Assembly: GCA_016700015.1 (NCBI GenBank)
Contig: CP064995.1
Coordinates: forward strand, 870,001 to 902,000
Direction: 5' to 3'
Length of the DNA stretch: 32,000 bases
From: Candidatus Saccharimonadota bacterium
Lineage (GTDB): Bacteria; Patescibacteriota; Saccharimonadia; Saccharimonadales; Saccharimonadaceae
The position numbers were made by a program, and so were the translations under genes. Positions 16,931-26,152 of this stretch are shown here, piece after piece (the first letter of the stretch is position 1; each line of letters begins with the position of its first letter). The notes beneath the pieces are model-generated. The model was given only the letters and a program-made list of their open reading frames with translations, was not told the origin of the DNA and ran no database searches.

Positions 16931-18618
16931 ATTGCGATTCTTCCTTCAAGCCTTCCATTTGTAATGTAATGCAGATAGTATGGCTTTAGATTGTTGCCAA
17001 ATGCAGCCTGAAGATCGGGATAGCGCGCCCTATAGATAAAAACATTGAAAGTAAGACTTGCCACCCTTCCCTCACTCATCCCGTAATTAACAAAATGGCT
17101 TAGAGAGCCGCTATCATTGAGCGTTGTGCCAAAAGCCGCCATCAGATCGGCATTATAGTGTGAGTATGTGTCGAAGGAGTAGACGGGTGAATAATCGATA
17201 CCCGTTAGCTTTGTTATACCACCGAGCGTATCGTTATTACCACTACGACCCTCTCGCCTGCAATTCGTAATGTAATGTAGGTAGTATGCGCGGATATTTG
17301 CTCCAAATGCCAGCCGTAGATCGTAGTAGCTAGCGCGGTATTTTGTGACATTAAATGCACTGTTTGCTTGTCTACCCTCGATGATACCCTGTCCAACAAA
17401 ATGCTTTATCGCTCCCACATCGTTATCTGCATATGCTTGAGCCAGATCTGGGTAAAGAGAGAGGTATGATGCGAAGTCATATACCGATGAATAGTCAACG
17501 CCACCATACTTCGTTACGGGTGTCATCTGCACGTTGCCTGTAGTAATCCGTCCCTCATTCTTACCGAATAGACTGAAATGAACATAGTACGCAGGCAAGT
17601 TTGATTCATAAATAAGACGCAGGTCAGCATTGGCATTACGGTAACTATTTATATTGAAGTTTGCTGACCCTATTCGTCCTTCGCGCATGCCGTAAGTAAT
17701 AAAATGCTGAAAGGCATAAGCGGCGTTACCGCCCGTTGCCTGCATAACATCAGGATTATTTTCTAAGTAGAAGGTTGCGTCGAAGACTGGTGAATAATCG
17801 ACACCATTATGCATTGCTCCTATTGTTGTGCCAAACCAGTTAGTAAAATATAGCCAAAAGTTTCGATTACCATAGGCACTACAGTAGTCACCCGTTCCAT
17901 ACCCAGCATTTAACGCTGCCGCATTTGGTTGATACGGTGTGTAGTCGTATAGCGCAGCAGTTGACCAGTTCTGAATGTTGACCGTGGAGCCACCGCAGGC
18001 TGCATTGGGATTCCACTGAATATAGTTAGCACCCTTTATATATGGTGAGTACCAGCTAGGGCTCTGGTCGATAACCGACCTAAAAAGTCTAGCAGCCCAG
18101 GTCACTTGATTTGTAAAACCGCGGTATGAAGAGTCGCATACGCCAGGCGTGCTATCTGGACAGCCATATCCAGTGGCGGATCTATACTGCCAATCTAGCG
18201 GCCAGGTGTCGGTGATGAGACCAGACTCCTTCTGTAATAGAACGAGGAATACCTGTGGATTGATTTGGTACTGCTGAGACACATCGTATAATATTTGCGC
18301 GCTTGACTTGCTGTTTTCAGAAAAATTTTTCAAACATATATACGGTGGTGATTGCCAGCCTCGCGATGATGCATACTGTGCGTGTGTTAGGTCTGGCCTC
18401 CCAAAGTCTGAAGCGGGGAGGGTGCCATCCGTATCACAGATAGGAACTTTGCTGTTAAGAAAATCTTGGATTTGGGTGACGTTCATAGTGGAGCTATTGG
18501 TAAATATAACATCGTCGATTATTCTGCCCGGATCGAACGCGATAGCATTTGCCTGTCCCGATACGGATGCCGAAGCTAGTGTCGCGAAGACCAAGGCGGC
18601 CAACATTTTTCTCATCAC
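16927..18618 (-). CDS. secreted protein: N-terminal putative cell-wall hydrolase-like domain plus six C-terminal ~45-aa repeats
   Basis: The signal peptide is [25 protein letters not shown]. The region [16 protein letters not shown]...GYGCPD is reminiscent of muramidase/transglycosylase-type active-site regions, but this is a weak call. Residues 272-560 are repeats. The alternative ATG at 18615 overlaps the upstream stop. Confidence 0.7.
   Translation of the reverse strand: MMRKMLAALVFATLASASVSGQANAIAFDPGRIIDDVIFTNSSTMNVTQIQDFLNSKVPICDTDGTLPASDFGRPDLTHAQYASSRGWQSPPYICLKNFSENSKSSAQILYDVSQQYQINPQVFLVLLQKESGLITDTWPLDWQYRSATGYGCPDSTPGVCDSSYRGFTNQVTWAARLFRSVIDQSPSWYSPYIKGANYIQWNPNAACGGSTVNIQNWSTAALYDYTPYQPNAAALNAGYGTGDYCSAYGNRNFWLYFTNWFGTTIGAMHNGVDYSPVFDATFYLENNPDVMQATGGNAAYAFQHFITYGMREGRIGSANFNINSYRNANADLRLIYESNLPAYYVHFSLFGKNEGRITTGNVQMTPVTKYGGVDYSSVYDFASYLSLYPDLAQAYADNDVGAIKHFVGQGIIEGRQANSAFNVTKYRASYYDLRLAFGANIRAYYLHYITNCRREGRSGNNDTLGGITKLTGIDYSPVYSFDTYSHYNADLMAAFGTTLNDSGSLSHFVNYGMSEGRVASLTFNVFIYRARYPDLQAAFGNNLKPYYLHYITNGRLEGRIAI
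16939..17805 (-). repeat. protein-level tandem repeats (3 x ~95 aa, each of two ~45-aa half-repeats)
   Basis: The half-repeat consensus is F(D/N)xxxYxxxNxDLxxAFGxNxxxxxxHYxxxGxxEGR, read six times (aa 272-316, 319-357, 372-417, 421-459, 472-519 and 523-561). The DNA copies are diverged. Confidence 0.75.
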
Positions 18619-19154
18619 AGTGTAGCCTCAGCTGTTGCCGAGCCGTAAGCACCGGCGCTTTTGACACTAATAGTGATGGTCCACTTACCCGAGGATAGTT
18701 CAGATAGTGGCACGTTAAAGCCCTTACAAGTAGAGGTTGATGACATTGCCTGGATTCCTGTCGAACCACGGTATGTTTTCCCGTCTGGGCCATTCATATT
18801 TAATACGCAGGTTCCTTCTGTCGCTATAATACCGATTGTAGTACGGATTAGTACCGTATCGCCCGGCTGAATAGCCGTTATGACAACGGGGATACTACCA
18901 TCATTTGAGTCACCAGGAGTCGAGGTGCTCTTGTTCACAACTTCCTCCTTTGCCAAACTGCCCGTGCTTTGTTGGCTATTACTCGGAGAGTCAAGGGCTG
19001 TATTATTGGTCTCGGACGTCTCTCGCTGTTGATTGAATGGTAGGAGCTTGGCTGAATAGGCGTAAGTAGCCAGGGTGCACCCAACCAAAACAATCAAAAC
19101 AAAGACCACTGTTTGTCTTCTGTGTGGGAATTCTCTCTTTTTTAGCTGTATCAT
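18615..19154 (-). CDS. membrane-anchored hypothetical protein with Ser/Thr-rich linker and C-terminal beta-rich domain
   Basis: An N-terminal TM helix (VVFVLIVLVGCTLATYAY) is followed by a low-complexity linker and a ~90-aa domain with two Cys. The gene is translationally coupled to the downstream secreted repeat protein. Confidence 0.55.
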   Translation of the reverse strand: MIQLKKREFPHRRQTVVFVLIVLVGCTLATYAYSAKLLPFNQQRETSETNNTALDSPSNSQQSTGSLAKEEVVNKSTSTPGDSNDGSIPVVITAIQPGDTVLIRTTIGIIATEGTCVLNMNGPDGKTYRGSTGIQAMSSTSTCKGFNVPLSELSSGKWTITISVKSAGAYGSATAEATL

Positions 19155-19336
19155 GTTGGTTTATCGGATTTTAGTACTAGTAGTATTTAACCATAATCCA
19201 CATGAAAAATGCAATATCGCAGCACATGTCTTGGATTACTTACAAGTATAGCCTAGACTTGTACGCCAAAACTGTCACTATTTAGACTGGCCCTGATAGA
19301 TCACTAGCCCAAAACTATGTTAAAATATAAGGTGTT

Positions 19337-22318
19337 ATGCACGAAAAAATTGTAAAGCTTAAAAACCGGATTGTTCCCATTATTGATCATGTACCATATG
19401 CACGAAAACTTACCTATCCAACATACCAATTGACAAAACAGCTATACAAGCGGGTGACTGGTAGGCCAAGGCATCTCATTGAGAACAATGCTACTGACGA
19501 TACGACCGTACCACAGCACTATCTCAACGTAAATCTTGCAGAGAGAGCGGCTGAGCACCAAGCGAGAGTTAATAATCGAAAAATACTTTATTATGAAGCC
19601 GAGGCAGAAGGCTCGTATACACCAGCCAAGGGCGACCCTAGGCTAATTGCGGTGTATCTGCCCCAATTTCATAAGATACCGTTGAATGAGATCTCGTGGG
19701 GCAAGGGCTTCACTGAATGGACCAACGTTGCTTCTGCAGCCGCAGGCTTCGTTGGGCAACAACAGCCGATACTACCAGCGGATCTGGGGTTCTATGACCT
19801 TGATCGACCGGCAAAGATTAAAGAACAGATAGATCTTGCTAAGAAATATGGTATTCATGGCTTCATGTTTTACTACTACTGGTTCAGCGGAGAAAAGATA
19901 CTGAACAATCCAATAGATACCTTTCTAGAAAATAAAGATTGGGATTTTAATTTAATGATCTGTTGGGCTAACGAGAACTGGACAAAACGCTGGGACGGTA
20001 TGGACAACGAAATCATCATAGGTCAAAAATATAATGACGATGATCCGCTGAAGTTCATTCAAGACGTCGCTCCGATACTGAGCGACCCAAGATACATCAC
20101 TATTGATGGTGAAAGGCCAATCCTGGCAGTGTACAGGCCGTCTACCATCTCGAACATTGATGAATATGCAAAGATTTGGAGAGATTACTTCAGAGATAAA
20201 TTTAACAAGGAGCTCTTCCTTATCGTCGGCAATAATCACACCGACGGTGATCCACGTGAATACGGATTTGATGCGCTATACGATTTTTCTCCGGGCTCTG
20301 TAATATGGGGCGGGGCAGCATCGGAGTATGCAAATGTTAAAGAAGTCAACTATGAACCATTAAAACTCGATCCAAATTTCTACGGTTCACTGGTTGACTA
20401 CCGGGATATCGCGCTTGATGACAGACTGGACGCTATAGATAGATACTCATTTCCAACATTCCAGGCAGTTTTACCTCATTGGGATAACCATGCGAGAAAG
20501 AAGGGTAGGCATACCCACGCACTTATTAATTCGACGCCGGAGGTATATGCTACGTGGCTTGATCGGGTTTTAAGCAAGATGGTGAAGAAACAAAAAGCAC
20601 CACTCGTGTTTCTTAACGCATGGAACGAATGGGCAGAGGGGGCGATGCTTGAGCCAACTCTTCATCTGGGACACGCGAACCTATTAAGGACAGCCGAGGT
20701 GTTATCGAAGTATAGTGGCAATAGGGCTAATCGTATAACTTTTCCAGAGATGGGACTACAAAGGAAAGATTCTGTAAGAATCGCGGTTGTTTTACATCTC
20801 TTTTATCCGGAACTTTGGGAAACACTTACAAGTGACCTACGATATATTTCCGAGGAGTTTGATATTTTTGTTACCGTCCCCGAGAAACATAAAAACATCA
20901 GGCTCGAATACAATGATCACAAAGTGACAGTTATTACTGTTCCAAACTGGGGAAGAGATGTCCTGCCGTTTCTCCATGTTCTGAGAAAAGTACGAGCAGC
21001 CGGCTACGAGTTCATACTCAAGCTACATAGTAAAAAATCAAAACAAATACCGCGCACCAGCGCCTCCTATTGGCTAAATACGACAATAGCGGCACTACTG
21101 CCGGGTAGCCAAGGCGTTGACAACATACTTAAGAAAATGAGTAAATCAAGAATTAAGATTATTGGGGTCAAGGAGTTCGCGGTGAGGATGTCACTAGGGG
21201 GCGAGCCCACTCTTAAAAAGCGACTACAACAGTATTATCCGAAAGAAGCAGCAAAAAAAATTAGCAAAGATATTGATCAGTACATGTTCAGTGCAGGATC
21301 TATGTTCTGGGCGCGCGTAGATGCATTTGATGACATACTTAGCCGGCACATCGTCGCCGATGATTTTGAGCTTGAGTACGGGCAGGTATGGCAGACCAGG
21401 GCGCACTTCCTTGAAAGAGACATTTGGGTAAATATTGCATTCCACTTCGGCAAAGATGCTGTTGCATTCGCATCGGTCGATGGTAAGTTGCGTGCCGCAC
21501 CATACCTTCTAAAAGAGGCGAGGGGTGACCTGGAGTTTCCGCAAGTTCTGCGCGAGCTAAGCATCAACAGTGGGCCTGCCGTAGCAGCGAAAATTGAGAG
21601 TCGCGTGTCCATTATTATTACAAACTATAACTATGGCAAGCACATAGGAAGCGCAATAAAGAGTGCGCTTCGACAGACACATAAGAAAATAGATATTCTC
21701 ATCGTCGATGACGGCTCAACAGACGGTATCTCAGAAAAAGTAATTGCTAGATATGAGAGTAGATATCCCTCAAGGGTGACCGCCCACCTATTACCCCACC
21801 AGGGTGTTGTGGCAACTAGGAACTATGGTCTCAACAATGCTAGCGGCGACTACATCATTTTTCTGGATGCTGACGATATCTTACCAAAAGACTATGTAAA
21901 AAATATGCTCGAGGAAGCAACCTATGGGAATTTTGATGTTGTCTATGCAGATATGCACAACTTCGGAGCGAACTACAAAATACAGTTCATGCCAGAATTT
22001 AACAAAGCACAGATGTTGAAGAGCAATATTGTTAACATGTCGGCTATGGTCCGAAGAAGTGTGATCGGAGATCAGCGCTTCGATGAATATTTGAGTGAAA
22101 GAAAGTTCGAAGACTGGGATTTCTTCCTTGGGTTGCTATTGTCAGGTGCCACATTCAGTAAAGCGCATACTACAAATCTAAAATATCGCGTCCACCAAGG
22201 ACAAAGAAACCATAATCTCAATAGGGACAAAAAGTTTTGGGACGAGGCGGCCAAGACAACCGATTATATACGGCAAAAATACCGAAAACTCTATCCGCAC
22301 GAAAATATACCCGGATAA
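19337..22318 (+). CDS. three-domain polysaccharide biosynthesis enzyme: WbsX-like, RgpF (rhamnan synthesis F)-like and GT2
   Basis: aa ~102-445 (IAVYLPQFH...WGKGFTEWTNV...YGIHGFMFYYYWF...NAWNEWAEGAMLEP) look WbsX-like. aa ~480-705 (IAVVLHLFYPELW...FDIFVT...GSMFWAR) look RgpF-like. aa ~756-960 (VSIIITNYNYGKHI...ILIVDDGSTDG...FLDADD) look like GT2. Confidence 0.8.
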   Translation: MHEKIVKLKNRIVPIIDHVPYARKLTYPTYQLTKQLYKRVTGRPRHLIENNATDDTTVPQHYLNVNLAERAAEHQARVNNRKILYYEAEAEGSYTPAKGDPRLIAVYLPQFHKIPLNEISWGKGFTEWTNVASAAAGFVGQQQPILPADLGFYDLDRPAKIKEQIDLAKKYGIHGFMFYYYWFSGEKILNNPIDTFLENKDWDFNLMICWANENWTKRWDGMDNEIIIGQKYNDDDPLKFIQDVAPILSDPRYITIDGERPILAVYRPSTISNIDEYAKIWRDYFRDKFNKELFLIVGNNHTDGDPREYGFDALYDFSPGSVIWGGAASEYANVKEVNYEPLKLDPNFYGSLVDYRDIALDDRLDAIDRYSFPTFQAVLPHWDNHARKKGRHTHALINSTPEVYATWLDRVLSKMVKKQKAPLVFLNAWNEWAEGAMLEPTLHLGHANLLRTAEVLSKYSGNRANRITFPEMGLQRKDSVRIAVVLHLFYPELWETLTSDLRYISEEFDIFVTVPEKHKNIRLEYNDHKVTVITVPNWGRDVLPFLHVLRKVRAAGYEFILKLHSKKSKQIPRTSASYWLNTTIAALLPGSQGVDNILKKMSKSRIKIIGVKEFAVRMSLGGEPTLKKRLQQYYPKEAAKKISKDIDQYMFSAGSMFWARVDAFDDILSRHIVADDFELEYGQVWQTRAHFLERDIWVNIAFHFGKDAVAFASVDGKLRAAPYLLKEARGDLEFPQVLRELSINSGPAVAAKIESRVSIIITNYNYGKHIGSAIKSALRQTHKKIDILIVDDGSTDGISEKVIARYESRYPSRVTAHLLPHQGVVATRNYGLNNASGDYIIFLDADDILPKDYVKNMLEEATYGNFDVVYADMHNFGANYKIQFMPEFNKAQMLKSNIVNMSAMVRRSVIGDQRFDEYLSERKFEDWDFFLGLLLSGATFSKAHTTNLKYRVHQGQRNHNLNRDKKFWDEAAKTTDYIRQKYRKLYPHENIPG

Positions 22319-22324
22319 GCAATA

Positions 22325-23833
22325 GTGAAGAAAACCTACAGATATATGTCATCCTCCGTGTTGGTTCTTGCATCGACTATTTCACTATGGTTCTTCATAG
22401 CAAACATTCAACAGCTGCAGCCGGCGTCATATGTGTTCGTTTTATGCATCTTGTACGCTATATACCTGCTACTTAAAAATAGCACTAACGTAACGTATTT
22501 AATAAAAGTGAGTGTAAAAAAGTTGACAACACGGAAGCATTTTGGGATTGTTTTAGTGGCGCTAACTGTAATTGCCGGACTGCTATCAAGGCTCTACTTC
22601 TACTTTAAGTTTTCTTATAATCCTATTTCCGATCCAATGACGTTCTATGACACGGCAAGAGCTATTGCTGCTGGCCAGAGCGTACATGGTGATGGGTATG
22701 TCGCACAGTTTCCATACCTTGCAGCTTACAATAACCTTCTCGGCGTGGCCATGAAGATCATTCCAGACCCATGGCTCGCGACGATACTTCTAAACACCCT
22801 ATTTGATGTGCTGGCAGCGGGTATTATATATATCCTACTTAGAAAAATCTTAAGATCCGGATCTAATATACCTTTAATCATTTTTATAATATGGATACTA
22901 AATCCAGCAAACGTACTGTATTCTTTACTATCCATACCTGTGATAGTCGTTAATTTCTTGATTGTAGCGGCGATATTAGTCGCACATAACTTATTGCGAT
23001 ATGCGCTAGAGTCGAATACAAAATGCACACTGCTGTACTCTGTGCTTTTTGGGTTATTAATTGGGTACGGTAACAGCTTTAGACCCATATTTGTTGTTGC
23101 AATAGTCGCTGTCGCATTGGTATATGTCATGAGCTTTATGCGAAGGGGTGGATCTGTCAGATTACTTAAGCTACCTACCGTGAGCTTACTAATAGTGTTG
23201 GCGATATTCTTAGGCGCTCAGAAAATTAACACGAATATTGTCTCTAACCAGATCGGTATACAGGTTGCAGAGAATCCCAGCGGTGTCAGTCTATATGTCG
23301 GTTCAAGCTGGGAGACTACCGGCCAGTGGAAGCCATACATGAATAGTGAAATGATTGAGATTTGCAAAGAAAGCTTTGCTAATCTCAAGTATGAAGAGTG
23401 TCACGCAAAGCTAAGACAGGTGGCTGTCGAGCGATATAAAAATTTGGGAGTGATAAACCTTGGCTTTCTATTTATTAGCAAGCTATACCACCAAGCGGAG
23501 CTGCAAAACTATATCTATAACGCGTATCAATCTATTGACGGTTACGAAAAATCTACGACAGCTAAACTCATGAATTTTCTCTTGGTGATGTATGTCACTG
23601 TGCTTTTTCTGCTTAGTACAGCCTCGCTATATTGGCTCTCTCGGTGCACACCACACGATTTCGCAACGCACTCAACGGTGATATTCTTGGCACTTACATT
23701 GATTGGCTGGTTTCTATCCTTTATGGTAATGGAATCGGCGCCCCGGTACTCGACTATCCTGTACCCAATATTTATGGTGTTTTTAGCAATTGCACTAGAT
23801 AACAGTAGCAGGCTAAAATGGATCAATAGATAG
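22325..23833 (+). CDS. polytopic membrane protein, probable GT-C fold glycosyltransferase (ArnT/PMT/GtrC-like)
   Basis: About 12 hydrophobic segments. There is an early extracytoplasmic loop with acidic residues (YNPISDPMTFYD) and a larger soluble loop at aa ~300-390. The GTG start follows the upstream stop directly; ATG 22346 is an alternative. An O-antigen polymerase/ligase-like role is not excluded. Confidence 0.5.
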   Translation: MKKTYRYMSSSVLVLASTISLWFFIANIQQLQPASYVFVLCILYAIYLLLKNSTNVTYLIKVSVKKLTTRKHFGIVLVALTVIAGLLSRLYFYFKFSYNPISDPMTFYDTARAIAAGQSVHGDGYVAQFPYLAAYNNLLGVAMKIIPDPWLATILLNTLFDVLAAGIIYILLRKILRSGSNIPLIIFIIWILNPANVLYSLLSIPVIVVNFLIVAAILVAHNLLRYALESNTKCTLLYSVLFGLLIGYGNSFRPIFVVAIVAVALVYVMSFMRRGGSVRLLKLPTVSLLIVLAIFLGAQKINTNIVSNQIGIQVAENPSGVSLYVGSSWETTGQWKPYMNSEMIEICKESFANLKYEECHAKLRQVAVERYKNLGVINLGFLFISKLYHQAELQNYIYNAYQSIDGYEKSTTAKLMNFLLVMYVTVLFLLSTASLYWLSRCTPHDFATHSTVIFLALTLIGWFLSFMVMESAPRYSTILYPIFMVFLAIALDNSSRLKWINR

Positions 23834-23871
23834 TCCTATCACTAAAATGCAACAGTAATCGGAGAATTCAT

Positions 23872-24612
23872 ATGAAGACAGTAGAGTATGCCACTATGGC
23901 AGAACGTGAGCAGACATATTGGTGGCACCTTGGCCGACTACAGATCATCAGTTCCTATATGTCTAAGGTCGTAAAAGATAAATCAATCCGCAAGATTGTC
24001 AATGTCGGCTGTGGGACTGGCGGTACCGTCGATATGCTTGAAAGCTTTGGTGTTGTAGACAATGTTGATATCTCAGATGAGGCAATACGCTTTATGAAAA
24101 ATCGTGGGTACACTAGACTTACTAAGGTCGACAGTACCAAACTCCCATTTAAAAGCAAGTCTTATGACATTGTCGGAGCCTTTGACGTTCTTGAGCATAT
24201 TGACGACCATGACAGGGCTCTTGGGGAGTGGGCTCGTATACTGAAAGATGATGGCGCAATAGTCCTCACCGTACCTGCATATCAATGGTTATGGACCGAC
24301 CACGATGTTTCCTTACATCACAAGCGCCGGTATACCATAAAGAGTCTATGTGATGTTGCAACACAGGCAGGTTTAACCTGCGAAAGTAAGTCGTATGCTA
24401 TTGTATTCTCATTGCCACTCGTGGTGGGCTTTCGCTTTCTTAATAAAGCCCTAGGACGTAAGGGAGACTCTGAAACATCATATGTTCCGTTGCCAAAGTG
24501 GGTTAATGCACTGTTCACCAACCTCCTGTATGTGGAAGCAAAAATACACAGAGTGATGGCGCTTCCGTTTGGGACATCGATTATTGTTATATTAAGAAAA
24601 TCAACAATGTAA
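23872..24612 (+). CDS. class I SAM-dependent methyltransferase
   Basis: Contains VNVGCGTGG (motif I), FDVLEHIDD and LKDDGAIVLTVP. SD ggag lies upstream. Confidence 0.8.
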   Translation: MKTVEYATMAEREQTYWWHLGRLQIISSYMSKVVKDKSIRKIVNVGCGTGGTVDMLESFGVVDNVDISDEAIRFMKNRGYTRLTKVDSTKLPFKSKSYDIVGAFDVLEHIDDHDRALGEWARILKDDGAIVLTVPAYQWLWTDHDVSLHHKRRYTIKSLCDVATQAGLTCESKSYAIVFSLPLVVGFRFLNKALGRKGDSETSYVPLPKWVNALFTNLLYVEAKIHRVMALPFGTSIIVILRKSTM

Positions 24613-24615
24613 TAA

Positions 24616-24638
24616 ACATTAGCTCAAATGGCTAATGT
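24616..24638. terminator. hairpin between convergent genes (possible bidirectional terminator)
   Basis: acattagc (24616-24623) pairs perfectly with gctaatgt (24631-24638) across a 7-nt loop. On the minus strand it is followed by TTTATT. It overlaps the rmlA stop codon. Confidence 0.4.
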
Positions 24639-25480
24639 ATCAGTTTACCATACCCAGATTTCATCAAACCCAACGCCTGTTCGTACAATTGTTCTTCCGT
24701 AATAAAGCCTTGTTCGAAAGCTACTTTTTCGGGGCTGCCGATGATTTGGCCGGTACGGCGCTGGATGACGCGTACATAGTCGGCGGCGTCGGTGAGACTG
24801 TCGATGGTGCCGGTGTCGAGCCAGACGTCGCCGGCTGCTAGGGAGACGACTTTTAGCTTCCCACGCTTCAAATACTCCTCATTGATTGAGGTAATCTCAA
24901 GTTCGCCCCGTTCGCTCGGCTGGATGTTTTTCGCAATTTCTACGACATCGTTGTCGTAGAAATAAAGCCCTACGACTGCATAGTTTGACTTCGGATTCGC
25001 CGGTTTTTCTTCGATAGACACAGCATTTCGGCTCTCGTCGAACTCCACCACGCCATAGCGCTCTGGGTCACTGACTTCATAGGCAAACACAATGCCGCCT
25101 TCGGGATTAGTACACTGTTTAAGTGAAGCATCAAGCTCGTTGCCATGAAAAATATTGTCTCCGAGCACAAGTGCGACTTTATCGTCACCGATGAACTTTT
25201 CGCCGATGATGAATGCCTGCGCGAGCCCATCAGGACTGGGCTGTACCTCGTATTGCAAGTTGATGCCCCACTGGGAACCATCACCCAGCAAGCGCTGGAA
25301 GCCAGCCTGATCTTCGGGCGTCGTGATGATGAGCGTGTCGCGAATGCCCGCTTGCATGAGCGTCGTGAGGGGGTAGTAAATCATCGGTTTGTCATAGACG
25401 GGCATTAGCTGTTTGCTGATAGCCTTTGTAATTGGCCAAAGCCGCGTGCCTGATCCACCGGCGAGTATAATTCCTTTCAC
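24632..25480 (-). CDS. rmlA: glucose-1-phosphate thymidylyltransferase RmlA
   Basis: [32 protein letters not shown] and GDNIF match RmlA. I chose the GTG start at 25480, preceded by GAGGAGG; the ORF-track start at 25564 adds a non-homologous extension. Confidence 0.92.
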   Translation of the reverse strand: MKGIILAGGSGTRLWPITKAISKQLMPVYDKPMIYYPLTTLMQAGIRDTLIITTPEDQAGFQRLLGDGSQWGINLQYEVQPSPDGLAQAFIIGEKFIGDDKVALVLGDNIFHGNELDASLKQCTNPEGGIVFAYEVSDPERYGVVEFDESRNAVSIEEKPANPKSNYAVVGLYFYDNDVVEIAKNIQPSERGELEITSINEEYLKRGKLKVVSLAAGDVWLDTGTIDSLTDAADYVRVIQRRTGQIIGSPEKVAFEQGFITEEQLYEQALGLMKSGYGKLIH

Positions 25481-25633
25481 TGCTGTTTCCTCCTCAAATC
25501 CAATAGGATAACTGTGTGGTTCATATTCATTTTTCCCACCCCGAACTGTTTCGGGTCGTCTCATGGTTCCTCGCTTTATCTGTTACTAGTATATCATCTC
25601 ATTCATGTGCCTAGTCGTCGTATAATTGAACGT

Positions 25634-26152
25634 ATGGAATATTGCACGCATTGTAGCGGAAAGCTGACAAAGCATTCAGAGACATCATATGAATGTGGCG
25701 CTTGCAGCCACAGACACTACCGCAACCCAGTTGCAACGGTTGGGATTGCACTCCACAAAGGTGGCGGCGTGATTGTTTGTAGCCGGCGTAAATACGAGCC
25801 TTTCAAGGGGCGACTAGACTGTATAGGCGGATTTGTGGACTATGGTGAAAACAACGAACAAGCGCTTGAACGAGAGCTAAAAGAAGAGGTTAGTGTCGGA
25901 TTAAATGACTTAAGTAGGATCCGCTACCTTAATAGTGTTCATGCAATCTATCCGTGGATGGGTAAGGAAGTGTCACTTGTTTGCGCGTTATTTATCGCGG
26001 ACATAAAACCAGGTGTGAAGTTGGTGGCGGGAGATGATGTAGCAGCACTCGAGGAGTTTGATTTACATCAGACTCTTCGCAAAGAAGACTTCGAAGACGA
26101 CTGGATGTATGTTCTATTGAGTGCGGCTAAAGCGTATCTAAATATTTCTTAA
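25634..26152 (+). CDS. NUDIX hydrolase with N-terminal zinc-ribbon
   Basis: The Nudix box is GGFVDYGENNEQALERELKEEVSV. CTHCSGKL...CGACSH forms a 4-Cys ribbon. The start is placed at ATG 25634, 7 nt after TATAAT. Confidence 0.8.
   Translation: MEYCTHCSGKLTKHSETSYECGACSHRHYRNPVATVGIALHKGGGVIVCSRRKYEPFKGRLDCIGGFVDYGENNEQALERELKEEVSVGLNDLSRIRYLNSVHAIYPWMGKEVSLVCALFIADIKPGVKLVAGDDVAALEEFDLHQTLRKEDFEDDWMYVLLSAAKAYLNIS

Noticed and set aside
16939-17805. DNA-level tandem repeat or recombination hotspot in the repeat protein gene
   Set aside because: The repeat units are clearly related at the protein level but substantially diverged at the nucleotide level. They look like ancient internal duplications rather than a recent or unstable DNA repeat.
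19155-19336. Possible regulatory RNA or extra DnaA box (aatccaca) and short palindromes (agtact, actagt) in the 182-bp divergent spacer
   Set aside because: The single box-like 8-mer and 6-bp palindromes are expected by chance in AT-rich DNA. No extended structure or conserved motif could be supported, so I treat the spacer as ordinary divergent promoter DNA.
25520-25545. Small hairpin cccgaa-ctgt-ttcggg in the rmlA-nudix spacer
   Set aside because: It has only a 6-bp stem and no flanking T-run or recognisable riboswitch context, so I consider it insignificant on its own.
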